In this document: one piece after another, positions 61,780-64,000 of the stretch
How positions within the stretch are numbered: position 1 is the first letter of the stretch
How the letters are laid out: each line of letters begins with the position of its first letter
Source of the DNA: Squalus acanthias
Taxonomy: Eukaryota
Direction of reading: 5' to 3'
Length of the DNA: 64,000 nucleotides
Assembly (NCBI GenBank): GCA_030390025.1
Contig: CM059431.1
Coordinates: 127,288,001-127,352,000 of the forward strand
Made by a program: the position numbers and the translations under genes
The notes under the pieces: generated by a model
What the model was told of the DNA's origin: nothing
Database searches by the model: none
The model's input: only the letters and a program-made list of their open reading frames with translations

Positions 61780-62380
61780 TGAGGCAAGCATGGAGCAGTC
61801 AGGTGGAGTAAGAACTAAAGCAGACATGGAGAGATGGCTGGGGCAGAGTAATGGGAGTTGAAAGTCGAGAGCTTGGGAGGTGGGAAATGTTTGGCAGGTG
61901 AGGAAAGGAGATATGGAGGTAAGATTTTAGTGGTAAAGAGAAAGGAGCTCTCAGAAACACGGAAAAATCAGAGGCATGAAATAGAGAGCGTGCAGACTTG
62001 AAAGGGGCATTAATCTCCAAAATACAGAAGTGGAATGAGGCTATCTTAGAGACACGTAGAAAGCTGGGGGTGGGAAGTAAGCTTACATACGAAGCAGCTG
62101 AAAAAAGAAAGAACTTGTGTTTAAATAGTTATAAGGACATCTCAAATTACTTTGTGGACAATGGATTACTTTTAAAATGTAATCACTGTCATTATGTAGG
62201 TAAACACAGCAAGCAATTGGCATCCCGTAAAGACCCACAAACAGCAATGCAACGGGTGACTAGATTATATATTTCACTGATGTGGTTGAGGCCTAAAAGG
62301 TGGGCAGGATGCCAGTGGAACTCATCTACTTTCTTCAAATAGTGCCATAGGACTTTTATAGCCACCTGAACAGGAATAAA
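61780..62380 (-). mobile_element. Old L2 3' fragment plus Deu-domain SINE
   Basis: aacttgtgtttaaatag tail, tgtaatcactgtcattatgtagg, cccacaaacagcaatg. Confidence 0.55.
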
Positions 62381-63559
62381 GGGGCTCATTGTACTATAGG
62401 TGCTACAAATGGGCATGATGTTGGCAGATTGGTCATTCTGCCCAACCATCCGTGCCAGCTTGAGGCTCGAGCCATTTTGAGGCCCAAGCCTCATTAGCAT
62501 ATCACCGGTAAGCTGCCGGCACCAAGCAGTTGCCCCACTGCAGCTCAATGGTTCTGGATGGTGTCAATCATAAAATAAATTCTGGTGCTTTAAAGATATA
62601 TCCTATTATTTTCCCAGACATGCCGCCTGTATTTGACAGTGTGTAGAGTATAACTCCAGCGCTGTTTCCAAACAAATTTAAAAGTTGTCGGAAGTCCAAG
62701 CTCTCAGGACATATCAATACGGAAAATGTGATTTGCAGACAAGCATTATAGCAACAGTATTGCGGGTTCTGAATTGTAGTTTCCACCTACCAACAGATCT
62801 CTGAATGTGCTAATACAACCTTATCATTTCTATCTGAAATTCCTAGTGTTGAGGGTCAGTCAATGAATAAAGTCAACAATGTTAAAATCTAGGACACAGC
62901 CTCAAGGACAGAACATACCGCTCTTGAAGTAATGATTCTTTGTGTTGAGAATGCTGAGTCAAAAAGATAAGCAAACATGATGGAAATGTCATGTAACCAT
63001 GGAAACAAATATCTTGAAGTGTCCAAAAGGAGGAACACCTCTTCAGCAAAAAGATTAATTTTAGATGCTACAATTCAAAATGCTTTTGCATATTTTACAA
63101 ATGTGTGCTGAATAATATGAATTATTATTTTTAAATAAAACGGCTTTCTTTATAAGCTACAACATCACTGGAAATTAGTATAGCAAACAGTGTAAAGGCA
63201 CTTAGGCTCCTTTTGACATATATTTGCCGCTGCCTGTAATGAACAGTATTACTTAATCATCAAGGGAAGTTAAGACTATTCATTGGATAAGATCAGAAAT
63301 CACATGACAAATTTGTCCTTTGACAAAATTGGCTCATCACCCCTTGGTGTATCCTTCCTCATTCATAGCCTCCTTGAGTGTGTTTTTGGGGTTGAGATGG
63401 CTCCAAGGTGATATCTTTGGTGATGGAAATTTAGAACCAGGTCAGCCCGCTGTCGTAGACTTGGCAATCCAATATGTGAACCAATCAGATCCTCAGTACT
63501 TCAGAGCACTGTTGATGATTTAGCAGCCAGGTTGGCTCATTAATGGAACCTGGAAGGGT

Positions 63560-64000
63560 TGTAAGGGGTTCTGTGTCGTGCTTGTATCGCAGACGGTGCT
63601 GGTGCGAGGTTAGGCCTTCGTTGCCTAATACTATTGCTTGCTCTGGTCTCCGGCCAGCCTTGTTGCAATAAGCACCTGTGAGTGGTTCGACCCACTCGCC
63701 CTTACGGTTCTAACACTGGACTTAGGTGCGAGAGCAGCATTGCAGAGAAAAACTCAAATAGACCCGGTTGAATAGTACGAAATGGAAATCTTTATTGCAT
63801 AGCGTCTAAAATCATGAAGTACATGTCATAGGCACAAATTAACGATAGCACAAGTATACATACATTCATAAAACTTGGTCTATGGTAATGAAGAACGCAC
63901 GGCACATCGTAAAAAGGGGAACACATTATACTTTATCCTTAATAAAACCACCCTCCCCTATCAATACCTACACTACGTCTAGATTTGTAGGATCGGGAAA
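63560..64000 (-). mobile_element. Second copy of the 1.68-kb LTR family (3' end; runs off the window)
   Basis: Reverse complement of about 45381-45823 with scattered substitutions and a 2-bp indel; no PBS next to its CA end. Confidence 0.93.

Noticed and set aside
59400..63550. Further dynein-like exons (linker region)
   Set aside because: Some coding-like stretches, but the motif matches are too weak to call by eye.

Overview
Repeat-saturated eukaryotic DNA, most consistent with a cartilaginous fish (shark/ray): CR1 LINEs with an SGNH-esterase ORF1, L2 LINEs, Deu-domain (SacSINE1-like) SINEs and many two-gene PIF/Harbinger transposons. I found no intact host gene. Main features: (1) an 8.2-kb endogenous retrovirus on the minus strand (9027-17209) whose LTRs differ by one base, with a 4-bp TSD and a perfect tRNA-Gln PBS, but whose interior holds only gag, IN and env remnants plus unexplained cargo and a Penelope-derived hammerhead hairpin; (2) a full-length CR1 (26937-31303) whose ORF1 ends on a U_UUA_AAC slippery heptamer with the -1 frame open into ORF2; (3) a Harbinger (47298-51014) with a dead transposase but an apparently intact three-exon, 470-aa Myb/SANT gene; (4) a 1.68-kb CpG-rich solo LTR, with a second inverted copy at the window end, and a separate 776-bp solo LTR; (5) scattered minus-strand exon-like remnants whose motifs and order tentatively suggest a decayed dynein heavy chain-like gene. 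All calls were made by eye, and boundaries of old elements are approximate.
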